Below are positions 1-11,144 of a DNA stretch of 64,000 nt, piece after piece. Source of the stretch: a virus (lineage: Duplodnaviria > Caudoviricetes); IMG/VR virus record IMGVR_UViG_3300028591_000119, positions 58,279 to 122,278 of that record; one strand, given 5' to 3'. How positions within the stretch are numbered: position 1 is the first letter of the stretch; the number at the start of each line of letters is the position of its first letter. The translations under genes were made by a program, and so were the position numbers. A model generated the notes under the pieces. That model did not search any database. It saw nothing but the letters and a program-made list of their open reading frames with translations, and had not been told where the DNA came from.

Positions 1-608
1 ATAAATACAGAATTTTCACCATCAGAAATCAACGAGAAACATGATTCTGCTGTAGAAAGATTTTTATCACGTCCTTTAAGATAACATCGACCGATTTTAA
101 CAGGTGTTATACTTGAACCAGAACCTTTAAATCCGTTAACAAGCACCAACTGTTGATTAGCTAAACCTGAAAGATCACTTGTGTTTCTCACAAAACGCAT
201 TTTCATAAGACCGATAACAACGCCGTCTTTTTCAATAACACGAAGATTGTTTGCTGGGATTTTAGATGTTTTATCACCTACTTCCATAGCATTAAACCAC
301 CAGTGTCCTGCACCAGAAACGAATTTTCCTTTACTAGAATTGATCCATGATTTTACTTCTTCAAGAGAAGGAGAGTCATTTCCTACTTTTGCTTTAACTT
401 TTGAAACGATACTGTCTGTCATATCTTTTACAGATTCAAATGTTCCAAGAGAAGTTATTTTATTGATAATAGTAGTCCAAACACTAGATGCACCAGCAGT
501 TGCAACCAAATTAGTACCACGAGTAATAGAGCCAACAACATTAGCTTCTTGTGACTTCACTGAACCATTTTCTACACTAATAGTTACACCATTTACTTTA
601 ATTTGCAT
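1..608 (-). CDS. Putative internal head protein, 3'-truncated by the window edge (missing from the ORF track)
   Basis: ATG at 608 with AAGGA upstream; the frame MQIKVNGVTISVENGSVKSQEA... stays open to position 1; shares the N-terminal beta-hairpin motif and S-x-E site of other putative head proteins here. Confidence 0.75.
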   Translation of the reverse strand, partial: MQIKVNGVTISVENGSVKSQEANVVGSITRGTNLVATAGASSVWTTIINKITSLGTFESVKDMTDSIVSKVKAKVGNDSPSLEEVKSWINSSKGKFVSGAGHWWFNAMEVGDKTSKIPANNLRVIEKDGVVIGLMKMRFVRNTSDLSGLANQQLVLVNGFKGSGSSITPVKIGRCYLKGRDKNLSTAESCFSLISDGENSVF

Positions 609-695
609 AATTTATTTTCCTTAATCAAGTAAAAGTATTTATACTCTCCTCTCCTTGATTAAAAGAGGAGAGTATATTATATGTATCGGTTGATA

Positions 696-2945
696 TTAAA
701 AACCGACCATATTCATAAATTTATTAAGATTATCGTTTTCATTATATGAATCAAATAAACCGAATGCTTCAGCTGTTTTATAAACAGTTGTCATCAATCT
801 TGATTTCCATTCAATGTTTTTCTTTTCTTCATTAGATAATGAAACTCCGTTAATCCCATCTTCACAACCATGAGCCATGATAGATTCTTTACTCATTGTT
901 ATGATAAATTTCTCATATGGAGTAGGAACAACATCTGTAACGTCTTCCTGGTTAGTAATTGCTTTGATAATAGTCATTTCGTCATCGTTGAGTTCACGAC
1001 ACCAAAGCTTTTCAAACTTATCCTTAACACGTTTAACTACAGTTTCATTGATTTCAATGTTACTCTTATCACCAATATTTTCTTCCCAAACTTTAATCTT
1101 ATAGTCCGTTATGAAATTAGGTGAAATTGCTTTCTGGAAATTCATCTTACTGAGATCAATAATACCATATGCTTCTTTCTTAACATTTTCATCATTATAA
1201 TTAAGCATGTTATGATAGAATACATTTTCACGACTTTCAAGATCGTTAACTATTGTTGTATCAGGATTATCTTTTCTATCACAGTATTGACGCAATTGAA
1301 CTATATCAAATGCGTTAGAATATACATTTTCTTTCGATGTATATGGTCTAACTGTAGGTGATACGTGTTTACGATGATAAACGAATCTTTCGATAATGTT
1401 TCTAGCAATAGCGAAAGTATTTTCGTTTGCACGAATAAGTCCTTGCGGAGTTAATCCGATATCATTCAATGTCTTAGTATACATATCTGCGTTAGATAAA
1501 GATTCAGCAATAACTGCTCCATATCTATTTATCTTTTCATTGATAATGCTCTGAGATTCCTCAGATATACCGTGTGCCTGTTTAGTAGCAAGTTTTAATC
1601 CGTCTAAACGAATTTTCATTTCAGCTTTAACGTCACCTACTGCATTTACACATTCTGAAGACAACGTATTAACATCTGGAAGTTCCATAGCTTCAAATGT
1701 TCTAGGATGTAAAGGAATACGTTTTTCAGATAAACTTCTAGCATTGTAGAGATTAAGATTTTCTTTACCAAGATTAGCGCCATTGATATTGATAGTAATT
1801 CCACCAGAATTGCTATTGTTGTTTCCTGGAGCTCCAGAGTCAGTTGTTCCTCCTTCGCCAGAATCCATACCCATATCGTCTGTAGCACCCATATCATCTG
1901 TTCCAGTGCCATCGTCTAATCCATCGGTACCATCATCTGTACCCATATCAGAAGTATCGTCACCTGTATCTTCTATTCCAGTATCATCAGTTGTTACATC
2001 TTCGGCATTTTCGCCTACTTCAGAAGAATCAATTTGACCGCCAGCACCATTGTCTTTTCCAACATCACCGTTATCAACAATACCGTCATCTCCACCTATA
2101 GATGGATCTGCTGGAGCATCAGTATTTTCATCTGTACTCGTATCATTGTCACCAGTGAATGTTTGGTCTGAACCAAGACCATCGTCTGTATCGTATAATT
2201 GTTCATCGTCCTGATTTTCATCAGTATTTCCAGCTAATCCATCGTCACTAGTATCTGCTAATGTATCTTCAGGATTAATTCCAGTTCCATCATCCGTTCC
2301 GTTTTCATCTGGTGGATTATCAGGATCTTGATACTGATCATCAGGAGGAGCTATTTCATTCTTGTAATCTATTATTTCTTGTGTAGTACCTTCAACTAAT
2401 TCATTTTTAGCTTCAGTTTCTTCAATAGCATCTTTAACGTCGTTCTTGATGCGTTCGATAACATCATCCACAGCTTCAATAGACATAAGATATTTCATAT
2501 CTTGTGTAAAACGTTTAGAAATATCCTGATTCTCAAAAGATTTAGTATCCGCAAAAGCATTTTCACATGCTATATTTAAAGACACGTGATCCTGATTTAC
2601 TTTACCTAATCTAATTCGATTGATCAACTTCTGCTGTCTATAATCAGACTCTAAAGATACTGACTCAGAAATACTATTAACCATAGAAGTAAATAGATTA
2701 CCTGTATCAAATTGTCCAACGTGACCGAACGAATCAACCATATTCTTAGATATATCACTCAATACAGTCGTGAATTTATCTTTAAATTCTGGATTATCTA
2801 TCTTTTCACGTTCACCTTCTTTTAAAGGAATAGACTTTGTGACTATATTTCTGAAACAGTCATTTATCAAATTCTCTTTAAAAGCTTTTTCGAAAGCAGT
2901 TTTAGTTGCTTCTATTTTAGATATACTGTTGGCGTTTAAATCCAT
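696..2945 (-). CDS. Hypothetical protein, probably virion/head-associated, with long Asp/Gly/Thr-rich low-complexity linker
   Basis: 749-aa ORF, GGAG SD, late-type promoter motif at 2978-2989, several S/G-x-E motifs (SLES, SIEA, SKES). Confidence 0.6.
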   Translation of the reverse strand: MDLNANSISKIEATKTAFEKAFKENLINDCFRNIVTKSIPLKEGEREKIDNPEFKDKFTTVLSDISKNMVDSFGHVGQFDTGNLFTSMVNSISESVSLESDYRQQKLINRIRLGKVNQDHVSLNIACENAFADTKSFENQDISKRFTQDMKYLMSIEAVDDVIERIKNDVKDAIEETEAKNELVEGTTQEIIDYKNEIAPPDDQYQDPDNPPDENGTDDGTGINPEDTLADTSDDGLAGNTDENQDDEQLYDTDDGLGSDQTFTGDNDTSTDENTDAPADPSIGGDDGIVDNGDVGKDNGAGGQIDSSEVGENAEDVTTDDTGIEDTGDDTSDMGTDDGTDGLDDGTGTDDMGATDDMGMDSGEGGTTDSGAPGNNNSNSGGITININGANLGKENLNLYNARSLSEKRIPLHPRTFEAMELPDVNTLSSECVNAVGDVKAEMKIRLDGLKLATKQAHGISEESQSIINEKINRYGAVIAESLSNADMYTKTLNDIGLTPQGLIRANENTFAIARNIIERFVYHRKHVSPTVRPYTSKENVYSNAFDIVQLRQYCDRKDNPDTTIVNDLESRENVFYHNMLNYNDENVKKEAYGIIDLSKMNFQKAISPNFITDYKIKVWEENIGDKSNIEINETVVKRVKDKFEKLWCRELNDDEMTIIKAITNQEDVTDVVPTPYEKFIITMSKESIMAHGCEDGINGVSLSNEEKKNIEWKSRLMTTVYKTAEAFGLFDSYNENDNLNKFMNMVGF

Positions 2946-2977
2946 ATTAAACTCCTATTAATTGTATAAATTTTAAT

Positions 2978-2989
2978 CATAATAATGTT
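2978..2989 (-). promoter_or_regulatory. Late/middle-type phage promoter AACA-N6-TG
   Basis: AACATTATTATG on - strand about 30 nt upstream of the 2945 start; the motif recurs upstream of about 12 genes. Confidence 0.65.
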
Positions 2990-3042
2990 TTATTAGGAAA
3001 AAAATAAAAAATAACTAGGAGACTGTTCTCCCAGTTATTTAT

Positions 3043-3234
3043 CTAACAATGAACAACAGTACCGGGTTTTATACCATCTTTTTCATTCTGCTTTAACAAA
3101 TTTAAAGCAGTCTCAAATGTTGAACCTTGTTCAACTGCCAATTTAGCTGCTTCTGCTACCTGTTGTTTTGTAAATTTCTTCCGAATTTTTTTCGGAAGTT
3201 TATCATATAAGTCCATAAATTTCTTATCTGTCAT
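3043..3234 (-). CDS. Small hypothetical protein (early-type promoter)
   Basis: 63-aa ORF, GGAGG SD, TATATTAT at 3257-3264. Confidence 0.7.
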   Translation of the reverse strand: MTDKKFMDLYDKLPKKIRKKFTKQQVAEAAKLAVEQGSTFETALNLLKQNEKDGIKPGTVVHC

Positions 3235-3290
3235 ATATAGACCTCCTATCAGTAGTATAATATAAACATGAAATATTGATTATATTAAAT

Positions 3291-5225
3291 TTACATATCG
3301 ATTTTGCCACTGATTGATTGATCGAATTGTATATTGTTTCTAGCATAATCTTTAAGTTTATTGGTGACGTTATTAAAATTAACAAAATTTGACAACGGAA
3401 GCTTACCGTCTAATTTTATTTCTTCATCAGTTTCAATATAAACACAGTTATCAGATACTTGTTTGTGCATTATCTTTGATAATACACCATTATGTTCAGG
3501 ATCGGCATATATACCAACATTTCGTAGTTTTGAAGGATCTATCTTATAAATATATAATTTTTCACCACCTAAAAGTTGAGTTAGTATATTTTCAGAATCA
3601 ATACTATCGATGCCTATTTTATTAACGAATCGTTTAAAAAACATCTTATTATAGATCCTTATAAATTCATATATTCCTTCATCAGATATAGGGAATCCAT
3701 TTTTCATAGCTGGATATTTGGCTGCATATATTCTGAGTTTATTTCCTTTGGTTATAATGCTCTGACCTAAATCACCTTGACCTCCCATTCCTTCACTATT
3801 ACCTATAGTAGGGCTTATCTCTGTTAGATTACTTGAATATGATGTGTGATACAATGTTTGTATATTACTCATATCTATTTTCTTTCTATTATCAACTACT
3901 ATCTGACAAGTTATAAAGATATCGCCGTTTCCTTCATATCCTGCTGAGAAATTATACATTGTCAATGCGGTATTGTTATTTATTTTACCTGTAAACATTT
4001 TGAGTTTATTACTTTTCTTCATAAAGATATCTAAGAATTCACCATACAAAGTATTCATATCTCTATTCGTTACAGTCGATTTATTACCAGCATTAAAGTA
4101 TGATATTAATTTATCAACTATTTCTCTCAAGCGTTTATATTCGTCATCTGTAAAAGTGTTTTTACTTAACAATACTTTACGTAAATCTATACAATATGTA
4201 TCAAGATAACGTTTAACTGATACTCCTTTAACATACTCACCAACGCCAGCATCATCACCCAATATTCGAACATCGGCTTCTACGATTCTCGTAAGTTCAA
4301 CGTATATTCTCACAATAGAACTAATATATCCTGTAACCAATGATGAATATAAACCTATTATCTTTTGTTGATGTTTCATGATATTAGTTTCTCTATCAAC
4401 AACGCCATTATTTAATTCTGATATACATTTATCAAGTTTTCCGCCAATATCGTTTCCTAATTTAGATATTTGATCTAATTGTTTTATTCCTTTAAAATTC
4501 GAAATACATAATTTCACGTTAGTGTAAGTATTGCTATCGGTTGCTTCAACAAACAATTTTTGTTTCATAGCTTGTAAACTAGATATATATTCGCGCACAT
4601 CTGATTCATTTAATCCGTCAGATATAGCTTTAGTTATTAATTCACTAGACGTCTGTATATAATTTAAATTATTTTCTATATTAGCACAATTCGGTACACT
4701 CTTAATTCCCTCAAATACAGCATATTGATTAATATTTCCAATATCTATAACAGATTGAATTACCTTTCCATTACCTAATAAATATCGTACACCTATATTA
4801 GTCTTCGACGACGGATTTATTAAATCATTTTTTATATTATCCGAATTCTGTTTGATAAAATTGTTGAATTTATTATTCTTTTGGTTTATCACATCAGGCG
4901 AAACATTTTCATCTATTTGTATATCTTTAATTTGATGTTTGTTAAACAATATTCCAAATATACGCTTGATAAATCCAATGAATTTATTAAATGCTCTCAC
5001 AACTGCATCTTTTAATCGTTTAAAAAAATCAATTATTTTTTGTATAAAAGTCTTTTGATTATTTTGTTCATCAACGACTGATTCGGCACTCAATGTCATT
5101 GCTTCTTGTTGTATAATATTAAGCGCTTCTTGTGATTTATTGTAATCCATAACATGATCTATCAGTTCTTTCTTATCGTTTTTTATTTCAATAGTTGTAC
5201 CTTTGACAGATATTTTTACATTCAT
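3291..5225 (-). CDS. Putative internal head (injected) protein with possible C-terminal ADP-ribosyltransferase-like domain
   Basis: SQEA/SAES cleavage-like motifs followed by amphipathic helix FIQKIIDFFKRLKDAVVRAFNKFIGFIKRIF, typical of phiKZ-like head protein paralogs; C-terminal LYHTS...ISPT...RIY...YIYKI...DPEH pattern. Confidence 0.55.
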   Translation of the reverse strand: MNVKISVKGTTIEIKNDKKELIDHVMDYNKSQEALNIIQQEAMTLSAESVVDEQNNQKTFIQKIIDFFKRLKDAVVRAFNKFIGFIKRIFGILFNKHQIKDIQIDENVSPDVINQKNNKFNNFIKQNSDNIKNDLINPSSKTNIGVRYLLGNGKVIQSVIDIGNINQYAVFEGIKSVPNCANIENNLNYIQTSSELITKAISDGLNESDVREYISSLQAMKQKLFVEATDSNTYTNVKLCISNFKGIKQLDQISKLGNDIGGKLDKCISELNNGVVDRETNIMKHQQKIIGLYSSLVTGYISSIVRIYVELTRIVEADVRILGDDAGVGEYVKGVSVKRYLDTYCIDLRKVLLSKNTFTDDEYKRLREIVDKLISYFNAGNKSTVTNRDMNTLYGEFLDIFMKKSNKLKMFTGKINNNTALTMYNFSAGYEGNGDIFITCQIVVDNRKKIDMSNIQTLYHTSYSSNLTEISPTIGNSEGMGGQGDLGQSIITKGNKLRIYAAKYPAMKNGFPISDEGIYEFIRIYNKMFFKRFVNKIGIDSIDSENILTQLLGGEKLYIYKIDPSKLRNVGIYADPEHNGVLSKIMHKQVSDNCVYIETDEEIKLDGKLPLSNFVNFNNVTNKLKDYARNNIQFDQSISGKIDM

Positions 5226-5284
5226 ATTTTTCCTCGTAGTTTTTGAAATTACCCCCCCCCGATATGATGGGGAGAGGGATAAAT

Positions 5285-8200
5285 TTATAATACCATTATA
5301 GAAATATTAGGTACAAATTTAACATCATTATTTGTCAAATCCGAATTAGTTTCATCTATTACATTCTGAATACAAAGATATTCATTATCTATATTTTCTT
5401 CTAATGAATCTTCTTTATATATAGTTTGACATTCTGTAGATTCGTAATTATTCAAACCATAATATTCAAAATATAATATAGATGGAACGTTTTGTTTAAT
5501 ATTATCTAGCATAGCATTAATGTTAAATTCTAGGGATTTATTATCTGTTTGTATATTCTTAACATAATCAATTATCTCTGTCTTAATTGTTTCTATCAAG
5601 AATTCGGTGTTCTTCTCAGTAATATTATCTTCAAATTTTACACCTAATCTCAAACTGATAGCTAATGAATCAAGATATTGTTTCTCATAGGTTTTATTAT
5701 TTTGAAAATAATAATATTTACTTTCACCTGAAGTAGTTTTAAGACCCAGATATAGATTACCGTCATCTACGAATATATCATCCATAGCTGCAATTTTATC
5801 TATTAATTGATTATAAGATTTTAATACATTAAAGAAATTACTAGGAATAGCAAATGCTCTAGAGAAAGCAGGAATGTCATTTAATAAACAAATCTGTTTA
5901 GAATCTTCTTTAATAACAGGCTTTCCGTTAGAATCCATTATTATATCGTTCTTGCGATATTTATAAGTGATATTTCCGGTTTTACCACCAAAGTAGATAA
6001 CGTTATTACCATTCTTTGAATCGTAAGAACAGCATGAAATAGTATTTTTAATGAAATCTCCTTCAGAAGTAATACCGCCGGATTGGCTATTATATGGTTC
6101 CCACGCGTTTGTGATAGTTTCATAATTTGATATTCGTCCATTATCACCACAGAACAATATAGTTGTTCCATAAGCCATAACTGCAAAAATATCTGCTCCA
6201 TCCATGTACTTTCCATCAGAGCATAAACCACCACCAGCATTATAATTATTCCACTGATTTTTAATGATGTTATAACTAGCCACATATCCATTTCTACCTG
6301 CTTGGATAAAATTACTTCCAGATATTTCACATGAATACATAGTTTTATTGTCTACAACATTACCGTCATTAAGCAATGTAACTTCACCAGTAGTTAAATC
6401 GACTACAGAAGATACACCATCAATACCTGTAAGGTAAATACTGTTCTCAAGATATTTTGCTGAAGATAATATTGCTCGATATCCTCTATCAGAACCGTCT
6501 GAGAAAATATTCTCACGACTTCTAGTTCCAATATCAGAGTCAAAGTTACGCCAACCAGCATATCCTTCATCAAGTGACAATGAACAGATTCTACCTGCTC
6601 CACCAGCAAATAACAAATATTGCTTTTCTGAAGTAGTACCGTTAGGAGAAACAGTAGTGACGGTATAGTCTTGACATGTATACAATGCGTTATACTCGTT
6701 ACTTCCATTATTGATACATCTACCGTTACTATAATATACTGTAACTCCACCTGAGTTATCTTGATTACTTCCGTCGAACTTATTCCAAGTATTAGTTGCT
6801 AATTTACAACAAACCAAACGACCCATATCGCCGAATGCTAAAAGAATCTGATATTTAACATCATTTACAACTCGTTCGATAATTTTAAGACCACGAATTG
6901 CACATTTCTTAGTTACACCATCTGTAGGATCCATGTACGAACCGAGCAACGTGTCACCTTTTATAACATAACCAGAAGAATCACCAACATCAGGATCTCT
7001 AAAGTTTTTCTTATTAGTTCCACTACTAGCTTCATTATAAGGATGCCATTTATTGTATTTTATATCATAACAACCGATGCGTCCATCGTCGCCAGCAAAA
7101 ATTACAAGGTTATTCCATTCGACTATCGCATGTATAGCCACGCCACCTAAAACATTTCCAGCATCATAAATACCTGTTTCAGTAGCTTCATTAGACCATT
7201 TCCAAGAATTAGCCGAGTTAGCGTTATATGTACCAACTCTACCATCAAGTTCCTTCTTGATATCTCCGGCATAATGTAATGGAGTATATCTATTTCCAGA
7301 AGACAATGAACCGTCTGGTAATTCTGTTGTTACAGCAGAAATTTCGTATGTACCATCATCTTTAGTTTTATAAACATTTTCGGTATATACATCTGGAATA
7401 TCAGAATCAGCAGTTTGATAAACTGGCTGTGTTAATTTTAAGTCAGATACAATATTTATTTCTTCAGTCATATTTCTAGATAAAACTATATCTGAACAGC
7501 TGTAAATTATTCCTACATAATATTTATTATTCTGCTCATATGCAGTAAGGTATTGTTTGTATTCTTGAGGCACGGAACCATCTGTATTAGATTTGAATAA
7601 TACGACTACGTCTATATCTATTACATTATCTACATAATAGAATCCATATTGTACTTTTGAATAAGGAATTTCGTTCAAAGTGTTATTGTCTATACATATC
7701 TTATCATCATCTAATACACTACTATTAGTATGCATATTAGTTATACAATGGATTACATTATTTGATTCTTTATCGAATTCACAGTCATCTAAAGAAATAT
7801 TTCTAGCATAAATACTTCCATCAGATTTATTTTTCAATAAAATTCTAAATTTAACATATTCTTCATCAGATGACACTTTTTCTTTAATAGATTTAAGATG
7901 TTCATATATGAAATCGCTAACATATACATCAAATGCTAATCTATAATAATCTTTTTCATATGAATCTTCGGCAATAAGATTTGATGAAATTGGGTTTCTA
8001 TAAATCATCAAATTAGTTATACTTGCCTTATCATATATTTCATCTGATACATAAGTGAATTGTGTTGATTTTGTCTCATCAATACTTTCATCATATACAT
8101 TAACATCGAGTGAATCACCATTCTTTATTTTTATGAAATATGGGAATATATATTGCTCTTTAGTCAAATCTTTCTTATATTCATTGTAATATGTGTTATA

Positions 8201-9598
8201 TACGGAAAGAGTTTTATCGTTGAGTAATTTATATATCTTACTCTCTTTATCATATGTGAAAGCATTGCTCGGTGTTATCATTCTTGAATTTGTTTCTGTG
8301 TTAACTGGTATTTCATCAAATGAAAAATATCCATCAATGGTTTTAGATGGAATAATGTAACCGTTTTCCACATTGGTCAAGAATGAAGAAAGTACATATT
8401 CTAGAGCATATAAATCGTGTCGTTTTTTAAACGGTGAAAATCCTCGTTTATTAGCTACAGATTTAATTGTTGCTGGAGTAATTACTTCGCCATTACCAGA
8501 TTGTATTACTAAACTGCGAATACCTTCTATATCAAGCGAATTTTTACCACCTACAGATTCATTTGAAATAATTGAACATGTTGGTATTATCTGAAGCAAA
8601 GCGTATTGTGATGCGTCTGCTACATTCTGATTAAATAACATGTTCATATCTTGTGAAGTATTTTTATCAATTTGACCCAAAGTATAATTTCCATCTTCAC
8701 CAGCAGTAGTATAAGTTATTATCTTGATAACCCCATTAGTAGGATTGAATGCGTCTGGTAATTTTGAAAATTTAAATTTAATACTATTATTGTTTCCTGT
8801 ATTTCCTAATGTGTAACATAAACCATCGGTATAAATTTCACCCTCAAGATAACAATTCACTTTAGTAAAAGTATTAGAACTTTGAGATTTGTATAATACC
8901 ACAAATCCCATAAGTTTATCTGAATATTGAACAAGTATATCTTTAGGTTCACCTGTCATATCAAAAGTATCGATTTTACGATTAAATTGTTTAATGTTTA
9001 AATACATAGAAAACATTTGTTTTCCATTTATAACAACATCGTTTCGAGAATTGATATAAGGATTATTGATAGATAAAATATTACCAGATTCAAGATCATC
9101 CGTATCATACATTGCATACGTAGAATATGATATTTTACCTTCATTATTGTATTTAGTTGTAAAAATATCGATATTATAATCAAGGGTGAACGGAGGATTA
9201 TTTCCGATAAGAAATATTGTATTTTTATTTAATGTAAGTTTATATTTACCATCACTCTGAATAACAGATTTTTGTATAATATCGTCTATAGGATATGAAA
9301 CTACTATTTGTGTATTACTAGGGGTACCATAAATAGAAGCTAAATCCTCAGACTTTAAATTTCTCAACAATGACTTTGCTAAAATAGCAGTTGATGGAGT
9401 CAATTCACGTTTAGCCATAAGCATTGAGAAATTCGAAAAAGCAGATATTTTACCTAATGTACTTGCAAGTAATTTGTTGAAACTACTAGGTGCTTCATTA
9501 AGTTTTTCATCAGGTTTTAATACCCATTCTTCGAGATTATTTATAAATTCTAATGCAGAACTTTGTATACTCGTTTTATTAATATCATTCCAACTCAT
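5285..9598 (-). CDS. Baseplate wedge protein (T4 gp6-like) with inserted beta-propeller
   Basis: Motifs ELTPSTAILAKS, YTTAGEDGN, GGKNSLDIEGIR resemble gp6/baseplate J; seven G-x-x-G-R/Y...W..YN/FD repeats; ATG at 9598 has a GAAGG SD and is preferred over TTG 9613. Confidence 0.7.
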   Translation of the reverse strand: MSWNDINKTSIQSSALEFINNLEEWVLKPDEKLNEAPSSFNKLLASTLGKISAFSNFSMLMAKRELTPSTAILAKSLLRNLKSEDLASIYGTPSNTQIVVSYPIDDIIQKSVIQSDGKYKLTLNKNTIFLIGNNPPFTLDYNIDIFTTKYNNEGKISYSTYAMYDTDDLESGNILSINNPYINSRNDVVINGKQMFSMYLNIKQFNRKIDTFDMTGEPKDILVQYSDKLMGFVVLYKSQSSNTFTKVNCYLEGEIYTDGLCYTLGNTGNNNSIKFKFSKLPDAFNPTNGVIKIITYTTAGEDGNYTLGQIDKNTSQDMNMLFNQNVADASQYALLQIIPTCSIISNESVGGKNSLDIEGIRSLVIQSGNGEVITPATIKSVANKRGFSPFKKRHDLYALEYVLSSFLTNVENGYIIPSKTIDGYFSFDEIPVNTETNSRMITPSNAFTYDKESKIYKLLNDKTLSVYNTYYNEYKKDLTKEQYIFPYFIKIKNGDSLDVNVYDESIDETKSTQFTYVSDEIYDKASITNLMIYRNPISSNLIAEDSYEKDYYRLAFDVYVSDFIYEHLKSIKEKVSSDEEYVKFRILLKNKSDGSIYARNISLDDCEFDKESNNVIHCITNMHTNSSVLDDDKICIDNNTLNEIPYSKVQYGFYYVDNVIDIDVVVLFKSNTDGSVPQEYKQYLTAYEQNNKYYVGIIYSCSDIVLSRNMTEEINIVSDLKLTQPVYQTADSDIPDVYTENVYKTKDDGTYEISAVTTELPDGSLSSGNRYTPLHYAGDIKKELDGRVGTYNANSANSWKWSNEATETGIYDAGNVLGGVAIHAIVEWNNLVIFAGDDGRIGCYDIKYNKWHPYNEASSGTNKKNFRDPDVGDSSGYVIKGDTLLGSYMDPTDGVTKKCAIRGLKIIERVVNDVKYQILLAFGDMGRLVCCKLATNTWNKFDGSNQDNSGGVTVYYSNGRCINNGSNEYNALYTCQDYTVTTVSPNGTTSEKQYLLFAGGAGRICSLSLDEGYAGWRNFDSDIGTRSRENIFSDGSDRGYRAILSSAKYLENSIYLTGIDGVSSVVDLTTGEVTLLNDGNVVDNKTMYSCEISGSNFIQAGRNGYVASYNIIKNQWNNYNAGGGLCSDGKYMDGADIFAVMAYGTTILFCGDNGRISNYETITNAWEPYNSQSGGITSEGDFIKNTISCCSYDSKNGNNVIYFGGKTGNITYKYRKNDIIMDSNGKPVIKEDSKQICLLNDIPAFSRAFAIPSNFFNVLKSYNQLIDKIAAMDDIFVDDGNLYLGLKTTSGESKYYYFQNNKTYEKQYLDSLAISLRLGVKFEDNITEKNTEFLIETIKTEIIDYVKNIQTDNKSLEFNINAMLDNIKQNVPSILYFEYYGLNNYESTECQTIYKEDSLEENIDNEYLCIQNVIDETNSDLTNNDVKFVPNISIMVL

Positions 9599-9613
9599 AT
9601 TATTAACCTTCAA

Positions 9614-11029
9614 TTACAAATACATTAATTTATTTCCGTCTACTATATATGGAGATCTATAATTATATACATCTCCTAAATCACCTCTATATTTACCTAA
9701 TTGTGAATTTTTGAAAGATTTTAATTTTCCTTCATCATTCTTAGATAGGTCTATATCAGAAGTATCACCAAACAATTTATTTGAATCGATCGTATTACCA
9801 GATTCGAATGGTCCCATATCATCGGCTCTCAATATATTACTTTTTGGTGTAATTAATTTACTAGGAACTTTAGAAGGATTCCATGTGTTTCTAAAATATA
9901 TGGCTTCTTTTTCAGTTATAGTGTGATTTCTACTAAAGAAAAAATCAGACGCATCATCGAAATCTCGATTTATACCATAAATAGAATTTTTAAAACCTTT
10001 GCCGTCCCTACAAGTTAAAGCTGTTTCAGCTATCATGTTGAATTCAGCAAAATTCACAGGATCCATAGGACAAGCAAAATTATACTGAAATGGTACAGAA
10101 AACTTAGACAACGATTGTATATCGATGTCTTTAGAATGCATAATATTCGCAAAAGGAATCATTTTAGGAAATGCACCAGCATATCTAGTAACTCTTAATA
10201 TAGTTTTTTGATCGGTGTCAAGCATAAACACGTAAATAGAACAAGTATAATCAATTATCCTATTTATAATATATTTTAATTCAGGATTACATACTGCTTT
10301 TGCAACATAATGCATATAATATACCCAAATTAAAATCGTAAAGAATGCTGGTGAACCATAAATATCTTCAAAGTTTAAAGTTATTTCACCTGGGCCTCGA
10401 CTTTCATTTATACCTGAGGCATACACTAAGTGATTTCCTGAAAAATTGGAATCAGTTTGTTCTGTTTCAAGTACGATGTCTTTTCCATTACTTACTTCAG
10501 TACATAAATTACTTAATACTGGTATAAATGGAGTTTTATCAATTTCATAAGAATATTTTAAAATCTCTTTTTCATCACCAAAAACGCCGTAGTTTCCAAC
10601 AATACAGTCATCCGCAGTTCCCTTAAGTATCTTACATGTTTCATAAGTTATATTTTTATCAGGTTCACCTTTTTTATATAAACCACCATAGCTGACATTA
10701 TTGATAATATCTGGATACATTAAAAATCTAGCAACAGTTCTTCCCAAATTACTACCTGTACCATATGATAATACTCTACTTCTTACTATATTTCCAGGAT
10801 TTCTTAAATTGAGATTTGGACGTGTTATATAAACTCTGGTTCTACCTACTTTTTGGGGATCTGTATACACTCTACCACTATTGTTAAAAAAACCTATATT
10901 AGATGCTACTGGATCGGCTACGTTCATACTCATATTATCTAATACATATGAGTACATCGTTTCCAATTCATCTAGCAGCTCATTATTTATCGTATATTGT
11001 AATGATTTAGGAGTTATTATAGATGGCAT
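9614..11029 (-). CDS. Tail-tube-like baseplate structural protein (phiKZ-like)
   Basis: YITRPNLNL, IDYTCSIYVFMLD and GAFP motifs of conserved jumbo-phage tube-fold proteins; adjacent to wedge gene; GACA-N6-TG promoter at 11057-11068. Confidence 0.6.
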   Translation of the reverse strand: MPSIITPKSLQYTINNELLDELETMYSYVLDNMSMNVADPVASNIGFFNNSGRVYTDPQKVGRTRVYITRPNLNLRNPGNIVRSRVLSYGTGSNLGRTVARFLMYPDIINNVSYGGLYKKGEPDKNITYETCKILKGTADDCIVGNYGVFGDEKEILKYSYEIDKTPFIPVLSNLCTEVSNGKDIVLETEQTDSNFSGNHLVYASGINESRGPGEITLNFEDIYGSPAFFTILIWVYYMHYVAKAVCNPELKYIINRIIDYTCSIYVFMLDTDQKTILRVTRYAGAFPKMIPFANIMHSKDIDIQSLSKFSVPFQYNFACPMDPVNFAEFNMIAETALTCRDGKGFKNSIYGINRDFDDASDFFFSRNHTITEKEAIYFRNTWNPSKVPSKLITPKSNILRADDMGPFESGNTIDSNKLFGDTSDIDLSKNDEGKLKSFKNSQLGKYRGDLGDVYNYRSPYIVDGNKLMYL

Positions 11030-11056
11030 AAAAATCTCCTATATAAAAAATTTAAT

Positions 11057-11068
11057 CATAAAAATGTC
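11057..11068 (-). promoter_or_regulatory. Late-type promoter GACA-N6-TG
   Basis: GACATTTTTATG on - strand upstream of the baseplate operon. Confidence 0.6.
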
Positions 11069-11144
11069 AAAAAATTAATCTTTAAAATAAATATATATTA
11101 ATTCATTGTAAGAAGAAAAATATATAATATTATAAATATTAAAA

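Noticed and set aside
181-624. 147-aa + strand ORF from the track
   Set aside because: Antisense to a - strand ORF (608 to <1) that has an SD and the shared head-protein N-terminal motif
1780-2350. Asp/Gly/Thr-rich repeats as a distinct repeat element
   Set aside because: Low-complexity coding linker with no regular period
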